Part shown: positions 30,677 through 40,408 of the stretch, piece by piece
Numbering within the stretch: position 1 is the first letter of the stretch
Layout of the letters: each line of letters starts with the position of its first letter
Source: an uncultured Gammaproteobacteria bacterium
GTDB taxonomy: Bacteria > Patescibacteriota > Microgenomatia > UBA8517
Assembly (NCBI GenBank): GCA_964506225.1
Contig: CAZDKH010000004.1
Location: 3,262-67,261 of the forward strand
Reading direction: 5' to 3'
DNA: 64,000 bases
The notes under the pieces: generated by a model
Seen by the model: only the letters and a program-made list of their open reading frames with translations
Told to the model about the DNA's origin: nothing
The model's database searches: none
Position numbers and translations under genes: made by a program

Positions 30677-32689
30677 ATGAATCTTATTATTGTTGAATCA
30701 CCAACCAAATCCCGGACTCTCTCACGTTTTCTTGGTGAAGACTACAAAGTTGAGGCCACCTGTGGACACATTAAAGATTTACCAAAAAACAAACTTGGAG
30801 TTGATATAAAGCATGAGTTTGAGCCTGATTATATTTGGGTTGAGGGACGCAAGAAGGAAATAGAAAGGATAAAAAGCCTCGGCAAAAAGTCAGAAAAAAT
30901 CTTTATTGCAACAGATCCAGATCGTGAAGGAGAAGCGATTGCTCAACATGTAGTTGATGTTTTGGTGTCAGATTCAGACTCTAGAGTTCAAAATTCGAAA
31001 ATCTCAAGAATCGTCTTCCATGAGATTACAAAAGAGGCCCTAGAAGAAGCCTTAAGAAATCCGAGATTAGTTGATAAAAATTTGGTCGATGCGCAGATTA
31101 CCAGGCGGGTTTTAGACAGACTGGTTGGCTATCAGCTCTCTCCGCTTCTTTGGAAGAAGGTGCGCCGCGGTCTTTCGGCAGGAAGAGTACAGTCGGTTGC
31201 TGTAAGGCTTATAGTTGAGCGAGAGCGGGAGATTAAGGCTTTTAAACCCCAAGAGTATTGGGAAATATACACTAAACTCAAAACTCAAAAACCAAAACTA
31301 AAAACCAAAGAACTAATCACAAAACTTATTAGAATTGGTGACAAGAAAGCCGAGGTAAAAAATAAGGATGATGCCGATAAGATTATCTCCGAGTTAAAAA
31401 AAGCAGAGTACACTGTTCTGTTAGTCCAAAAGCGTGAGATAATTAAACACCCTCCGGCTCCGTTTACGACTTCAACCATGACTCAGTCAGCTGCCAGAAT
31501 TTTTGGCTGGTCAGCAAAAAGAACAATGCGGGTAGCACAAAGTTTATATGAGGAGGGCTTTATTACCTATCACAGAACCGACTCAGTGAATCTTGCTAAG
31601 AGTGCTATCTTAAAAGTCAGAAAATTTATAGAGGCAAAATACGGTAAAAATTATCTACCTCAAAAACCGAATTTTTACAAAAAGGCCTCTAAAGTTGCCC
31701 AAGAAGCTCATGAGGCTATACGCCCAACTCAGTTAAGTTCGAAATTAAAAATTAAAAATTCTAAATTTTCAAAAGAATTAGAAATGCTATATCAATTGAT
31801 ATGGAAAAGGTTTGTTGCTTGCCAAATGACCCCAGCCATCTACGACGAAACAAGAATTGATGTTAAAGCTGCCCCCAAAGACGTATTCTGCGTAACTTTT
31901 TACGTATTGCGCGCAACTGGGCAAACAATGAAATTTGATGGTTGGAAAAAGGTTTATAATGAAAACTCAAATCTCCAAAACACTGAAAACGAAGTTCAAT
32001 TACCCGAAGTCTTAAAAGGGGAACCACTTTATTTGATTAAAGTATGGGGAGACCAAAAATTCACCCAGCCACCACAGCGTTACAACGAAGCCTCTCTTAT
32101 TAAAACACTTGAAAAACTTGGAATAGGCAGACCCTCCACTTACGCGCCGATTATCTCAACTATCCAAATTCGAAATTATGTTGAAAAAAAAGAAGGTAGA
32201 TTTTTCCCGACTGCCATTGGGATTGCGGTTAATGATTTTTTGCTGAAGAATTTTCCCGATATTTTTGACTATCAGTTTACAGCTCAGATGGAAGAAAACC
32301 TAGATGAAATTGCAAACGGTAAACAAAAAAGGTTAAGAATAATAAAAAATTTTTGGTTACCTTTTGATAAAAAGCTGGAAATTGTCGAGAAAAAATCCGA
32401 AAGGGTAAAAATAGAGACTGAAAAACTTGAGAAAAAATGTCCTAAGTGCAAAGAAGGAGAATTGGTTATCCGAACTGGACGTTTTGGTAAGTTTATCTCC
32501 TGTTCGCGTTTTCCGGATTGCGATTACAAAGAGAAATATGTCCAGAAAGTGGGTGTAAAATGCCCCGAGTGTAAAAAAGGAGAAGTGATAATTAAGAAAA
32601 CTTCCAAAGGCAGACAGTTTTATGGTTGTTCAAGATATCCTTCTTGTAAGTGGGCAAGTTGGAAATCCCCAGAAATTAGCAAAAATTAA
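30677..32689 (+). CDS. topA: DNA topoisomerase I (type IA)
   Basis: IVESPTK, ATDPDREGE, SAGRVQS, ITYHRTDS, C-terminal Zn ribbons. Confidence 0.97.
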   Translation: MNLIIVESPTKSRTLSRFLGEDYKVEATCGHIKDLPKNKLGVDIKHEFEPDYIWVEGRKKEIERIKSLGKKSEKIFIATDPDREGEAIAQHVVDVLVSDSDSRVQNSKISRIVFHEITKEALEEALRNPRLVDKNLVDAQITRRVLDRLVGYQLSPLLWKKVRRGLSAGRVQSVAVRLIVEREREIKAFKPQEYWEIYTKLKTQKPKLKTKELITKLIRIGDKKAEVKNKDDADKIISELKKAEYTVLLVQKREIIKHPPAPFTTSTMTQSAARIFGWSAKRTMRVAQSLYEEGFITYHRTDSVNLAKSAILKVRKFIEAKYGKNYLPQKPNFYKKASKVAQEAHEAIRPTQLSSKLKIKNSKFSKELEMLYQLIWKRFVACQMTPAIYDETRIDVKAAPKDVFCVTFYVLRATGQTMKFDGWKKVYNENSNLQNTENEVQLPEVLKGEPLYLIKVWGDQKFTQPPQRYNEASLIKTLEKLGIGRPSTYAPIISTIQIRNYVEKKEGRFFPTAIGIAVNDFLLKNFPDIFDYQFTAQMEENLDEIANGKQKRLRIIKNFWLPFDKKLEIVEKKSERVKIETEKLEKKCPKCKEGELVIRTGRFGKFISCSRFPDCDYKEKYVQKVGVKCPECKKGEVIIKKTSKGRQFYGCSRYPSCKWASWKSPEISKN

Positions 32690-32711
32690 CAATTTTCTAT
32701 TCCATCCTTGG

Positions 32712-33233
32712 TTATTTTTGAGGGTATTTCATTACTTCTTTTTTCAAAAAGTCCAGTTTAATTCCTGCTTTCTCAAAAATTTCTTCTGACTCTTTTCCTG
32801 CGTGATATTTTTTTTCGGCAACAACCCTTTTAACTCCGAGATTGACCAAAAACATGGCACAAGTTCTACAAGGAGTCATTGAAACATAAACTGTTGAGCC
32901 TTCAAGGGATACTCCGCGTTTTGCTGCCTGACAAATTGCATTTTGTTCTGCGTGTACTGTTCGCATGCAATGTACTGTTTTGGTTCCATCTTCATGAATA
33001 ACTGTTTTCAATTGGTGACCAACGTCATCACAGTGGGGAAATCCTGTTGGCGATCCAACATAACCGGTTACCAAAACCTGTTTGTTCTTGACAAAAACAC
33101 AGGCCGACCTTCCTCTGTCGCAGGTTGCTCTTTTTGCGGCAGAGTGCATTATCTCAATAAAATATTCATCCCACCCAGGACGCTTATAGACTTTTTTGTT
33201 CAATCTTATTGATTGCTTTTTGGATTTTTTCAT
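32712..33233 (-). CDS. dCMP deaminase (ComEB family)
   Basis: RPGWDEYF, HAEQNAI, PCRTC. Confidence 0.9.
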   Translation of the reverse strand: MKKSKKQSIRLNKKVYKRPGWDEYFIEIMHSAAKRATCDRGRSACVFVKNKQVLVTGYVGSPTGFPHCDDVGHQLKTVIHEDGTKTVHCMRTVHAEQNAICQAAKRGVSLEGSTVYVSMTPCRTCAMFLVNLGVKRVVAEKKYHAGKESEEIFEKAGIKLDFLKKEVMKYPQK

Positions 33234-34233
33234 ACAATTTTTCTATTGTAGCATTGTTTGAGAATTTAAAATCAGCCATTCTTATACACTTTCTTAGGTT
33301 TTGAGCAGTTGGGTCTTTGTTTTCAAATTCTTTTTTTTCTTGAGCTTTAAATTCCTCAAAAGAGACCATGTCTTTTTCTGAGGCTCGTAATTTTATCCTT
33401 TGGTATCTTTTTTGGGGAGAAGCGTCAACCGCAAAAAGATATCCGCCCTGGCTTTTTAGGAATTCGGCTTCAGTGGGGTTTCTGATACTTTCAATTATTG
33501 TATTTTTTTGTTTCTTTTTAGCCTTTTTAAACAAAGTTTTTACTATAAAATCTGCTCCGAATTCAGCCCTGATTTTATTGGCAATTTTTCTCATATTATC
33601 GCGGTTGACTTGTTTACCCTCTTTTTTCAACATTTGCGTTAGAAAGCCTGAAACAGATAGATGCTCAAATCCCCATTCTTTTACCAAATAATCAACTACA
33701 GTTCCCTTGCCGGCGCCGTTGGTGCCGGTAATGCCAATAATAAGCGGCTTTTTCTTTCTTTCAAGATTGACAAATTCAAAAGGCGGATTTTGCTTTAGGT
33801 GTTTTTCTCGAAAAGTAATCCTCCATTCTTTTAGATTTATTTTTGGAAAGTAGGTATCACCCTGATAATTTCTTAGAACTCTGGTTAAATATATTTGGTC
33901 GCTCTTGGGTAGGAAGTATTTATAGATACTGCCGCCTCCAATAATCATGAGTTCTTTCTCACCTTTTTTTTGGGCAAATTTTAAAGCCTTTTCGGGGTCA
34001 CAAAAAACATAAGCTCCACTGACTTTATAATTTTTATCAAAATTCAAAATTAAATTAGTTCTATTGGCCAAGGGTTTACCAATTGATTCAAAGGTTTTGC
34101 TTCCCATTAAGACGTGGTGACCGTCTGTTATTTTCTTGAATCTTTTTAGGTCATCTGGTATATACCAGGGGATTTTTCCTTTATTTCCTATGACCCTGTT
34201 TTTTGAGACAGCAGCGATTAAAGAAATTTTCAT
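33184..34233 (-). CDS. folA: dihydrofolate reductase fused to a P-loop nucleotide kinase
   Basis: VIG..GKIPW..PDDLKRFK, MGSKTFESIG, IGGGSIY; C-terminal IIGITGTNGAGKGT. Confidence 0.92.
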   Translation of the reverse strand: MKISLIAAVSKNRVIGNKGKIPWYIPDDLKRFKKITDGHHVLMGSKTFESIGKPLANRTNLILNFDKNYKVSGAYVFCDPEKALKFAQKKGEKELMIIGGGSIYKYFLPKSDQIYLTRVLRNYQGDTYFPKINLKEWRITFREKHLKQNPPFEFVNLERKKKPLIIGITGTNGAGKGTVVDYLVKEWGFEHLSVSGFLTQMLKKEGKQVNRDNMRKIANKIRAEFGADFIVKTLFKKAKKKQKNTIIESIRNPTEAEFLKSQGGYLFAVDASPQKRYQRIKLRASEKDMVSFEEFKAQEKKEFENKDPTAQNLRKCIRMADFKFSNNATIEKLYEKIQKAINKIEQKSL

Positions 34234-35147
34234 ACAGAGATTTCTGCTTTGATGGGGGGATGAGACTGATAATTTACAATTTCAAAGTCTTCAAATTTAA
34301 AATCAAAGATACTTTCTACCTTTCTTTTAATTTTAAGTTGGGGTGGTGGATAGGGCTTTCTTTTTATTTGTTCTTTTGCTTGTTTGATGTGGTTTAGGTA
34401 AAGATGGGTGTCTCCCAAAGCCATAGTAAGTTCGCCTGCCTTATAACCAGTGGTGTGGGCAACAATCTCGGATAAAAGGGCATAGGAGGCAATATTGAAA
34501 GGAAGACCAAGAAAAGTGTCGACTGAGCGCTGGTACATCATGCAGTTTAGTTTATCTTTGCTAATTTGAAACTGATACATCACATGGCAAGGAGGAAGAG
34601 CCATTTTGTCAATTAAAGGGGCATTCCAGGCATTAACAATCAATCTTCGTGAGTCGGGGTTTCTGCGAATCTCCTTAATCACCCAGGAAAGCTGGTCGAA
34701 TCCGTTGAAATTTCGCCATTGAACTCCATAGAACGGTCCGCAATCTCCCCATTTTTGGGCAAATTTTTCATTGTTTTTGATTTTTTCAACAAACTCTTCT
34801 AGTTTGTTTTTCCAAGACTGAGAGTATTTAGGATATTTTTTTTCTAATTTATTAGCCTTAAGATACTTTTGGAAAGGCCATTCATTCCAGATATTCACTC
34901 CGTTTTTGACAAGAAAGCGTATGTTTGAGTCTCCTTTGATAAACCACAATAGTTCATAAATTATCCCCTTTATGAACATTTTTTTGGTGGTTAAAAGTGG
35001 GAAACCGGAAGAAAGGTTAAATTTTAGCATTCTGCCAAAGACTTTAATTGTTCCAGTTCCGGTTCTGTCTCTGCTTTTAACGCCGTTTTTGAGAATGTCG
35101 CGAATAAGATTTAGATACTCAACCTCAAGCTGATTAGACTCTGGCAT
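34230..35147 (-). CDS. thyA: thymidylate synthase
   Basis: DRTGTGT, MALPPCH, YQRSVD..LGLPFNIASY. Confidence 0.97.
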   Translation of the reverse strand: MPESNQLEVEYLNLIRDILKNGVKSRDRTGTGTIKVFGRMLKFNLSSGFPLLTTKKMFIKGIIYELLWFIKGDSNIRFLVKNGVNIWNEWPFQKYLKANKLEKKYPKYSQSWKNKLEEFVEKIKNNEKFAQKWGDCGPFYGVQWRNFNGFDQLSWVIKEIRRNPDSRRLIVNAWNAPLIDKMALPPCHVMYQFQISKDKLNCMMYQRSVDTFLGLPFNIASYALLSEIVAHTTGYKAGELTMALGDTHLYLNHIKQAKEQIKRKPYPPPQLKIKRKVESIFDFKFEDFEIVNYQSHPPIKAEISV

Positions 35148-35177
35148 TTATAAGCTGGTATATTATAGTAGATTATC

Positions 35178-35783
35178 ATGAAAAAAGGTAGATTTATAGT
35201 TTTAGAAGGAGGAGTCGGCTGTGGCAAGACAACTCAGTTTGAAAAACTCAAAAAACGCTTTCCCTGCTGGAAATTTTATAGGGAGCCGGGAGGAACCCCT
35301 TTTGGCGAAAAAATAAGAGATGCGGTTCAGGGAATTCACAATTATAAAGTAAATCCTTACGCTTCGGTTTTGGCTTACTCTTCATCCCGGGCAAACCTTG
35401 TCCGGGAAGTTATTATCCCACAGCTTACCAAGGGGAAGACAGTAGTTTTGGATAGATACTGGTTTTCAACCTACGCTTATCAGGGGTCAGATGGTATATC
35501 TGAAAAGACAGTAGAGAAGTTAAATGTAATAGCGACAGGGGGTTTACTACCGGATTTGGTTTTGCACTATGACCTTAATCCCAAAATTGGTTTGCAAAGG
35601 AAAGCTGGACAGAAAGATTTAGATAGGTATGATGTAAAAGATATTGTCTTTCATCAAGAGGTGAGAAAAAGATATCTAGCGCTTTCCAAAAAATACTCTA
35701 AAATATGGAGAATTATCGATGCATCAAAATCGATTGAAGAGGTTTTTAAGGAATCACTCAAATGGATAAAATCTTTAAGCTAA
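35178..35783 (+). CDS. tmk: thymidylate kinase
   Basis: [32 protein letters not shown]. Confidence 0.95.
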   Translation: MKKGRFIVLEGGVGCGKTTQFEKLKKRFPCWKFYREPGGTPFGEKIRDAVQGIHNYKVNPYASVLAYSSSRANLVREVIIPQLTKGKTVVLDRYWFSTYAYQGSDGISEKTVEKLNVIATGGLLPDLVLHYDLNPKIGLQRKAGQKDLDRYDVKDIVFHQEVRKRYLALSKKYSKIWRIIDASKSIEEVFKESLKWIKSLS

Positions 35784-37069
35784 TTGACAAGGAGAGCAAA
35801 AGGCAATCAGAAACTTTGATGATGATTCCTTCGGAAAACTACACTTACCCCGAAGTTCGCAGGGCTGTTGGTTCTATATTGATGCAAAAATATGCCGAGG
35901 GTCAACCGGGTAAACGATATTATCAAGGGATGGAGGTAGTTGATGAAATTGAATCTTTGTGTGAAAAAAGAGCCCTTAGAGCGTTTGGTTTGTCCGAAGC
36001 CAAATGGAGAGCAAATGTCCAGCCCCTTTCAGGCTGTCCCGCAAATTTGGCTGTTTATAACGCGCTACTAGGTCCCGGAGATCGGATAATGGCAATGTAT
36101 CTACCCGAAGGTGGGCACCTCTCCCACGGCTGGCATACTACAGATAAAAAGGTCACGCTGGTTTCCAAAATTTTTGATATTCACTTCTATCACGTAAGCC
36201 CAAAAACCAATGTTTTTGATTATGACGAAATTGCCCGCCTTGCTAAAAAAGTTAAGCCAAAATTGATTATTTCGGGTGGAACTGCTTACCCCAGAGATAT
36301 CAAACATAAAGTTCTTGCCAAAATTGCACATGCGGCAGGTGCATATTACATGGCGGATATAGCCCATGAGGCTGGTCTTGTTGCAGGCGGAGCACTGTCC
36401 TCTCCATTCCCTTGGGCAGATGTGGTAACCATGACAACCCACAAAACCCTTCGCGGCCCAAGAGGTGCAATAATAATTTGCAGGAATGCTTTGGAGGAGG
36501 CGATTGATTCTTCGGTTTTTCCCGGTCTTCAGGGTGGGCCGCATATTCACACAATTGCAGGAATTGCTATAGCCCTTGAGAAAACAAGGTCGATAGCTTT
36601 CAAAAAATATGCCATACAAACAATTAAAAATGCCAAAAGACTGGCAAAAAATCTCTTAGGAAGCGATTTTGATATTGTCAGCGGCGGCACGGATAAGCAT
36701 TTGGTTTTGGTTGACCTTCGCTCAAAAAAGATAAACGGTTGGTTTGCAGCTTGGGCGCTTGAGGAGGCGGGGATAATCTGTAACAGGAATACGGTCCCTC
36801 GTGATACAGGCTCTGCATTCTATCCTTCTGGCCTGCGTTTGGGTACTCCTGCCATAACTGCCCGGGGTATGAAAGAACCTCAAATAGACAAAATTTCAGA
36901 CTGGATTATAGAAGTTTTAAATCACTTGGGCGAAAAGCAAATTCCAGAAGACAAGGATAAAAGACAGGAGTATTTAAAAAAATTCAAAATCCAAATAACA
37001 AAGGACAAATTTTATAAGAGAATAGCACAAGAGGTTAAAAAACTTTCTAAATCCTTCCCAGTGCCTTAA
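35762..37069 (+). CDS. glyA: serine hydroxymethyltransferase
   Basis: [33 protein letters not shown]. Confidence 0.97.
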   Translation: MDKIFKLIDKESKRQSETLMMIPSENYTYPEVRRAVGSILMQKYAEGQPGKRYYQGMEVVDEIESLCEKRALRAFGLSEAKWRANVQPLSGCPANLAVYNALLGPGDRIMAMYLPEGGHLSHGWHTTDKKVTLVSKIFDIHFYHVSPKTNVFDYDEIARLAKKVKPKLIISGGTAYPRDIKHKVLAKIAHAAGAYYMADIAHEAGLVAGGALSSPFPWADVVTMTTHKTLRGPRGAIIICRNALEEAIDSSVFPGLQGGPHIHTIAGIAIALEKTRSIAFKKYAIQTIKNAKRLAKNLLGSDFDIVSGGTDKHLVLVDLRSKKINGWFAAWALEEAGIICNRNTVPRDTGSAFYPSGLRLGTPAITARGMKEPQIDKISDWIIEVLNHLGEKQIPEDKDKRQEYLKKFKIQITKDKFYKRIAQEVKKLSKSFPVP

Positions 37070-37081
37070 AATATCCTCATT

Positions 37082-37885
37082 ATGGCAATTGTTTTTGATG
37101 GGCGAACATTTGCAGCCAAAAAAGAAATAGAAATCAGAGATAAAATTTACAGACTTAACAAAACCCCGCGCCTTGTGTCTATTTTAATAGGTGAGGACCC
37201 GGCCAGTAAGCTTTATGTTTCGTTAAAACAAAAAGCGGCCGGGCGCGTCGGCGCAAAAGTTATAATCAAGAAATTTCCCCCAAACACTGTATCGATGTCT
37301 CGATACATCGATACGATAAAAAAATTGAATGAGGATAAAGCGGTTGATGGAATCATGATTCAGCTTCCGCTGCCTCCAAAACTAAAGCCCATGACTACCA
37401 AACTGATCAACTTAATTGCCCCCGAAAAAGACGTTGACGGCCTCCAAGACGACAGTCCCTACCTTCATCCAACCAGTAAAGCCGTTATCGAAATTATCAA
37501 CTATGCAAAATCTCTATTACCTAATGCCTATCCACTACTGCCTTCTATTGCTGTTGTTGGTTCGACCGGCATGGTTGGGAAGCCACTTGTGAGGCAGTTA
37601 AAAAAGCTTGGATACAAGACAGTGGAATGTGATAGCAGCACCAAAAACCTAAAAGCCTGCACAATTAAGTCTGATATTCTAGTAAGCGCCACAGGAAAGC
37701 CGGGCATTATCAGAGGGGAAATGGTTAAAAAAGGCAGTATTGTAATAGATGTTGGTTCGCCTCAAGGGGATGTTTTATTTAGCGAAGTAGTTAAGAAAGC
37801 CGCCTTTATCACCCCGGTTCCCGGCGGAGTCGGCCCTGTTACAATTACCTGTCTGCTTGAAAATTTAATCTTAGCTTGTGTATAA
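37082..37885 (+). CDS. folD: methylenetetrahydrofolate dehydrogenase/cyclohydrolase
   Basis: QLPLP, PEKDVDG, ITPVPGGVGP. Confidence 0.95.
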   Translation: MAIVFDGRTFAAKKEIEIRDKIYRLNKTPRLVSILIGEDPASKLYVSLKQKAAGRVGAKVIIKKFPPNTVSMSRYIDTIKKLNEDKAVDGIMIQLPLPPKLKPMTTKLINLIAPEKDVDGLQDDSPYLHPTSKAVIEIINYAKSLLPNAYPLLPSIAVVGSTGMVGKPLVRQLKKLGYKTVECDSSTKNLKACTIKSDILVSATGKPGIIRGEMVKKGSIVIDVGSPQGDVLFSEVVKKAAFITPVPGGVGPVTITCLLENLILACV

Positions 37886-37895
37886 TATTATATAT

Positions 37896-37963
37896 AACAC
37901 ACACCCGTCAGCTTAGCCTCCTGATTTCTTCTGATGGGTGGAGGTCATAAGGAGGAAGTTGTA
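37896..37963 (+). promoter_or_regulatory. rpsB (S2) leader RNA
   Basis: TATAAT 37881-37886; ACACAC start; CACCCGTCAG/CTGATGGGTG stem; loop GCCTCC complementary to GGAGGT; SD AGGAGG. Confidence 0.7.
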
Positions 37964-38674
37964 ATGACAGAAATAGATATATCACTTGAGAAACTACTTG
38001 AAGTTGGGGCGCATTTTGGCCACCAAACTAGGCGCTGGAATCCCAAAATGGCACCATTTATCTATGGAGAGAAACAGGGTGTGCATATTTTTGATTTGGT
38101 GAAAACAAGACAGGCTCTTTTAGAAGCACTCTCTGCAATTCAAGAGGCGGTCAAGAAAGGTAAAATCATCCTTTTTGTGGGTACTAAAAAGCAAGTAAAA
38201 GAAAAGTTACAAAAAGTAGCTGAGCAAACGGGTTATCCATATGTGACTAATCGCTGGCTTGGTGGAACGCTTACCAACTTTGACCAGCTTCAAAAATCCA
38301 TAAAAAAACTCGCTGAATTAAAAGAAAAAATGCAAAAGGGTGAATACAATCAACTGACCAAAAGAGAACGTCTTTTAAAAACCCGTCTAATCAAAAAGCT
38401 AGAAGATAAATTTGGAGGTATTTCAAAGTTGACTAAGCTTCCTGATTTGCTCATAATTATTGATACACATAAAGAATCTGGTGCACTTACCGAAGCTCTT
38501 AAAAAGAAGATACCAGTTGTGGGGGTGGTTGACTCAAACGCTGATCCAACCAAAGTGACCTGGCCAATACCGATGAATGATGATGCGACAAAGGCCTTGG
38601 ATTTTGTGCTTTCTCTTATTGAACAAGCAATAACAGATGCCCGGAAGGGTAAGAAGTTTAAGTCTAAAAAATAA
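37964..38674 (+). CDS. rpsB: 30S ribosomal protein S2
   Basis: GAHFGHQTRRWNPKM, RWLGGTLTN. Confidence 0.98.
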   Translation: MTEIDISLEKLLEVGAHFGHQTRRWNPKMAPFIYGEKQGVHIFDLVKTRQALLEALSAIQEAVKKGKIILFVGTKKQVKEKLQKVAEQTGYPYVTNRWLGGTLTNFDQLQKSIKKLAELKEKMQKGEYNQLTKRERLLKTRLIKKLEDKFGGISKLTKLPDLLIIIDTHKESGALTEALKKKIPVVGVVDSNADPTKVTWPIPMNDDATKALDFVLSLIEQAITDARKGKKFKSKK

Positions 38675-39133
38675 ATGGCACTAAATATCAAATTAATTTC
38701 GCGGCTTAGAGAAGAGACTGGCGCCCCTGTTATCAGGGTAAAAAAGGTTTTGGAGGAGTTTAATCAGGACGAGAAAAAAGCTTTAGAGGTTTTAAAGAAG
38801 GAAGGCTTTGAAAAAGCAGTCAAAAGAGCTGATAGAAAGACCAGCCAAGGAGTAGTTGTTGCTTATATTCATCACACTAACAAGGTGGCGAGCTTGGTTG
38901 AACTTTTGTGCGAAACCGATTTTGTCGCTCGAAATAAGCTATTTACTAAACTTGCTAATGACTTGGCAATGCAAGTAGCCTCCATGAATGCTAAAAATGA
39001 AAAAGAACTTTTGGCCCAAGAGTTTATAAAAGATCCAAAACAAAAGGTGGCTGATTTGATAAAGAGTATAATTGCCAAAACAGGGGAAAACGTGAGAATT
39101 GGAAGATTTTGCCGCATAGAAATTGGCAAATAA
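38675..39133 (+). CDS. tsf: elongation factor Ts (short form)
   Basis: LREETGA, VELLCETDFVA; after rpsB. Confidence 0.95.
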   Translation: MALNIKLISRLREETGAPVIRVKKVLEEFNQDEKKALEVLKKEGFEKAVKRADRKTSQGVVVAYIHHTNKVASLVELLCETDFVARNKLFTKLANDLAMQVASMNAKNEKELLAQEFIKDPKQKVADLIKSIIAKTGENVRIGRFCRIEIGK

Positions 39134-39138
39134 CTCCC

Positions 39139-39693
39139 ATGGATGAGAACTTAGTGCGAAAAAAGATGCAGGAGGTTTTGAATCTTGTTGCTGGCGACAT
39201 AGCCACTGTCCGTACAGGTCGAGCCACTCCTTCGCTTGTTGAGAATATAGAAGTAAAAGTTTATGGCGGCAGCCAAAAATTGAAAGTTGTTGAGTTGGCC
39301 ACTATTTCCATCACTGATTCTAGAAGCATTCTTATTGAACCCTGGGATAAATCCATTATTGGTGAAATAAGACAGGGAATCTTGGCTGCCAATGTTGGTT
39401 TGAATCCAGTTATCCAAGAAAATGTTATTAGGATTACCTTGCCTCCCTTGACTACAGAAGACAGGGAAAACTATGTAAAACTTTTATCAACCAAAGCCGA
39501 GAATGGCAGAATTATGATACGGCAGGTAAGAGGAGATGCAATGAGAAATATCAAAAGCGCTTTTGAGTCAAAGGAAATCTCCGAAGATGAGCGTTTTTCT
39601 CAGGAGAAAAAAATTCAGGAGATAACCGATGAATTTATAGGCAGAATCAATGAGACTGTTGAAGCAAAAAAGCAAGAGATTCTAACCTCCTAA
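39139..39693 (+). CDS. frr: ribosome recycling factor
   Basis: VRTGRATP, PPLTTEDR. Confidence 0.95.
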   Translation: MDENLVRKKMQEVLNLVAGDIATVRTGRATPSLVENIEVKVYGGSQKLKVVELATISITDSRSILIEPWDKSIIGEIRQGILAANVGLNPVIQENVIRITLPPLTTEDRENYVKLLSTKAENGRIMIRQVRGDAMRNIKSAFESKEISEDERFSQEKKIQEITDEFIGRINETVEAKKQEILTS

Positions 39694-39694
39694 A

Positions 39695-40375
39695 TCAAAA
39701 ACGCGTGTGTAGTCCACATTCTTGACTTTGATTTTTTGTTCCCACAAAACGGCCTGCTCTTTCGAATTGACCCTGTCTTCCTCCGCCTTCTCTTATTTTG
39801 CCCTTGGTTGTGCATGGTTGACAGCCCAAAGAAGTGTACCCTTTATCGTAAAGCGGATGGTAACTAAGTTTGTTTGTCTTTATATACTTCCAGATGTCAT
39901 TTTTTGTCCAAAAGGCAATGGGGTTTATCTTAACTATCTTGCCCTTTTCAATAATTTTAATTCCTTCCCGGTATTTTGTTTCATCTCTCCTAAGTCCCGT
40001 AATCCAAGCGTTGTATTTGGGTAGGATTCTTTCAATGGCTGGGATTTTCATGGCGCAACATTTATATTGGTCGTCTTTAATAAATTTTCCTTTATATTCC
40101 TTGTTTATTTGTTTAATATCATCCTTAGTGGGCTTTATAATTTTCAGATTCATTTTGGTTTCAGCTTGGAGTTTCTTGGCAAACTTTAGGGTTTCCGGAA
40201 ATTCGTAACCCGTGTCAATAAAAATAAATTGAAAATTTTTCTTAAGAGGTAAGATTAAATCTATTAGAACTCTTGAATCTTTACCAAAAGAAACCGCGGC
40301 AAAAATTTTTGGATATTTGGTAATTGCAAACTCAATTATCAGTTTTGAAAGTTCGACTTTTTGAGATAGTAGCAT
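39695..40375 (-). CDS. cysH: APS/PAPS reductase (CysH family, Fe-S type)
   Basis: SFGKDS, DTGYEFPET, KCC, WITGLRR, GYTSLGCQPCT, ECGLH. Confidence 0.88.
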   Translation of the reverse strand: MLLSQKVELSKLIIEFAITKYPKIFAAVSFGKDSRVLIDLILPLKKNFQFIFIDTGYEFPETLKFAKKLQAETKMNLKIIKPTKDDIKQINKEYKGKFIKDDQYKCCAMKIPAIERILPKYNAWITGLRRDETKYREGIKIIEKGKIVKINPIAFWTKNDIWKYIKTNKLSYHPLYDKGYTSLGCQPCTTKGKIREGGGRQGQFERAGRFVGTKNQSQECGLHTRF

Positions 40376-40408
40376 GTTAAAGGTAAGTTTATTATAATAC
40401 TTAAGTGT

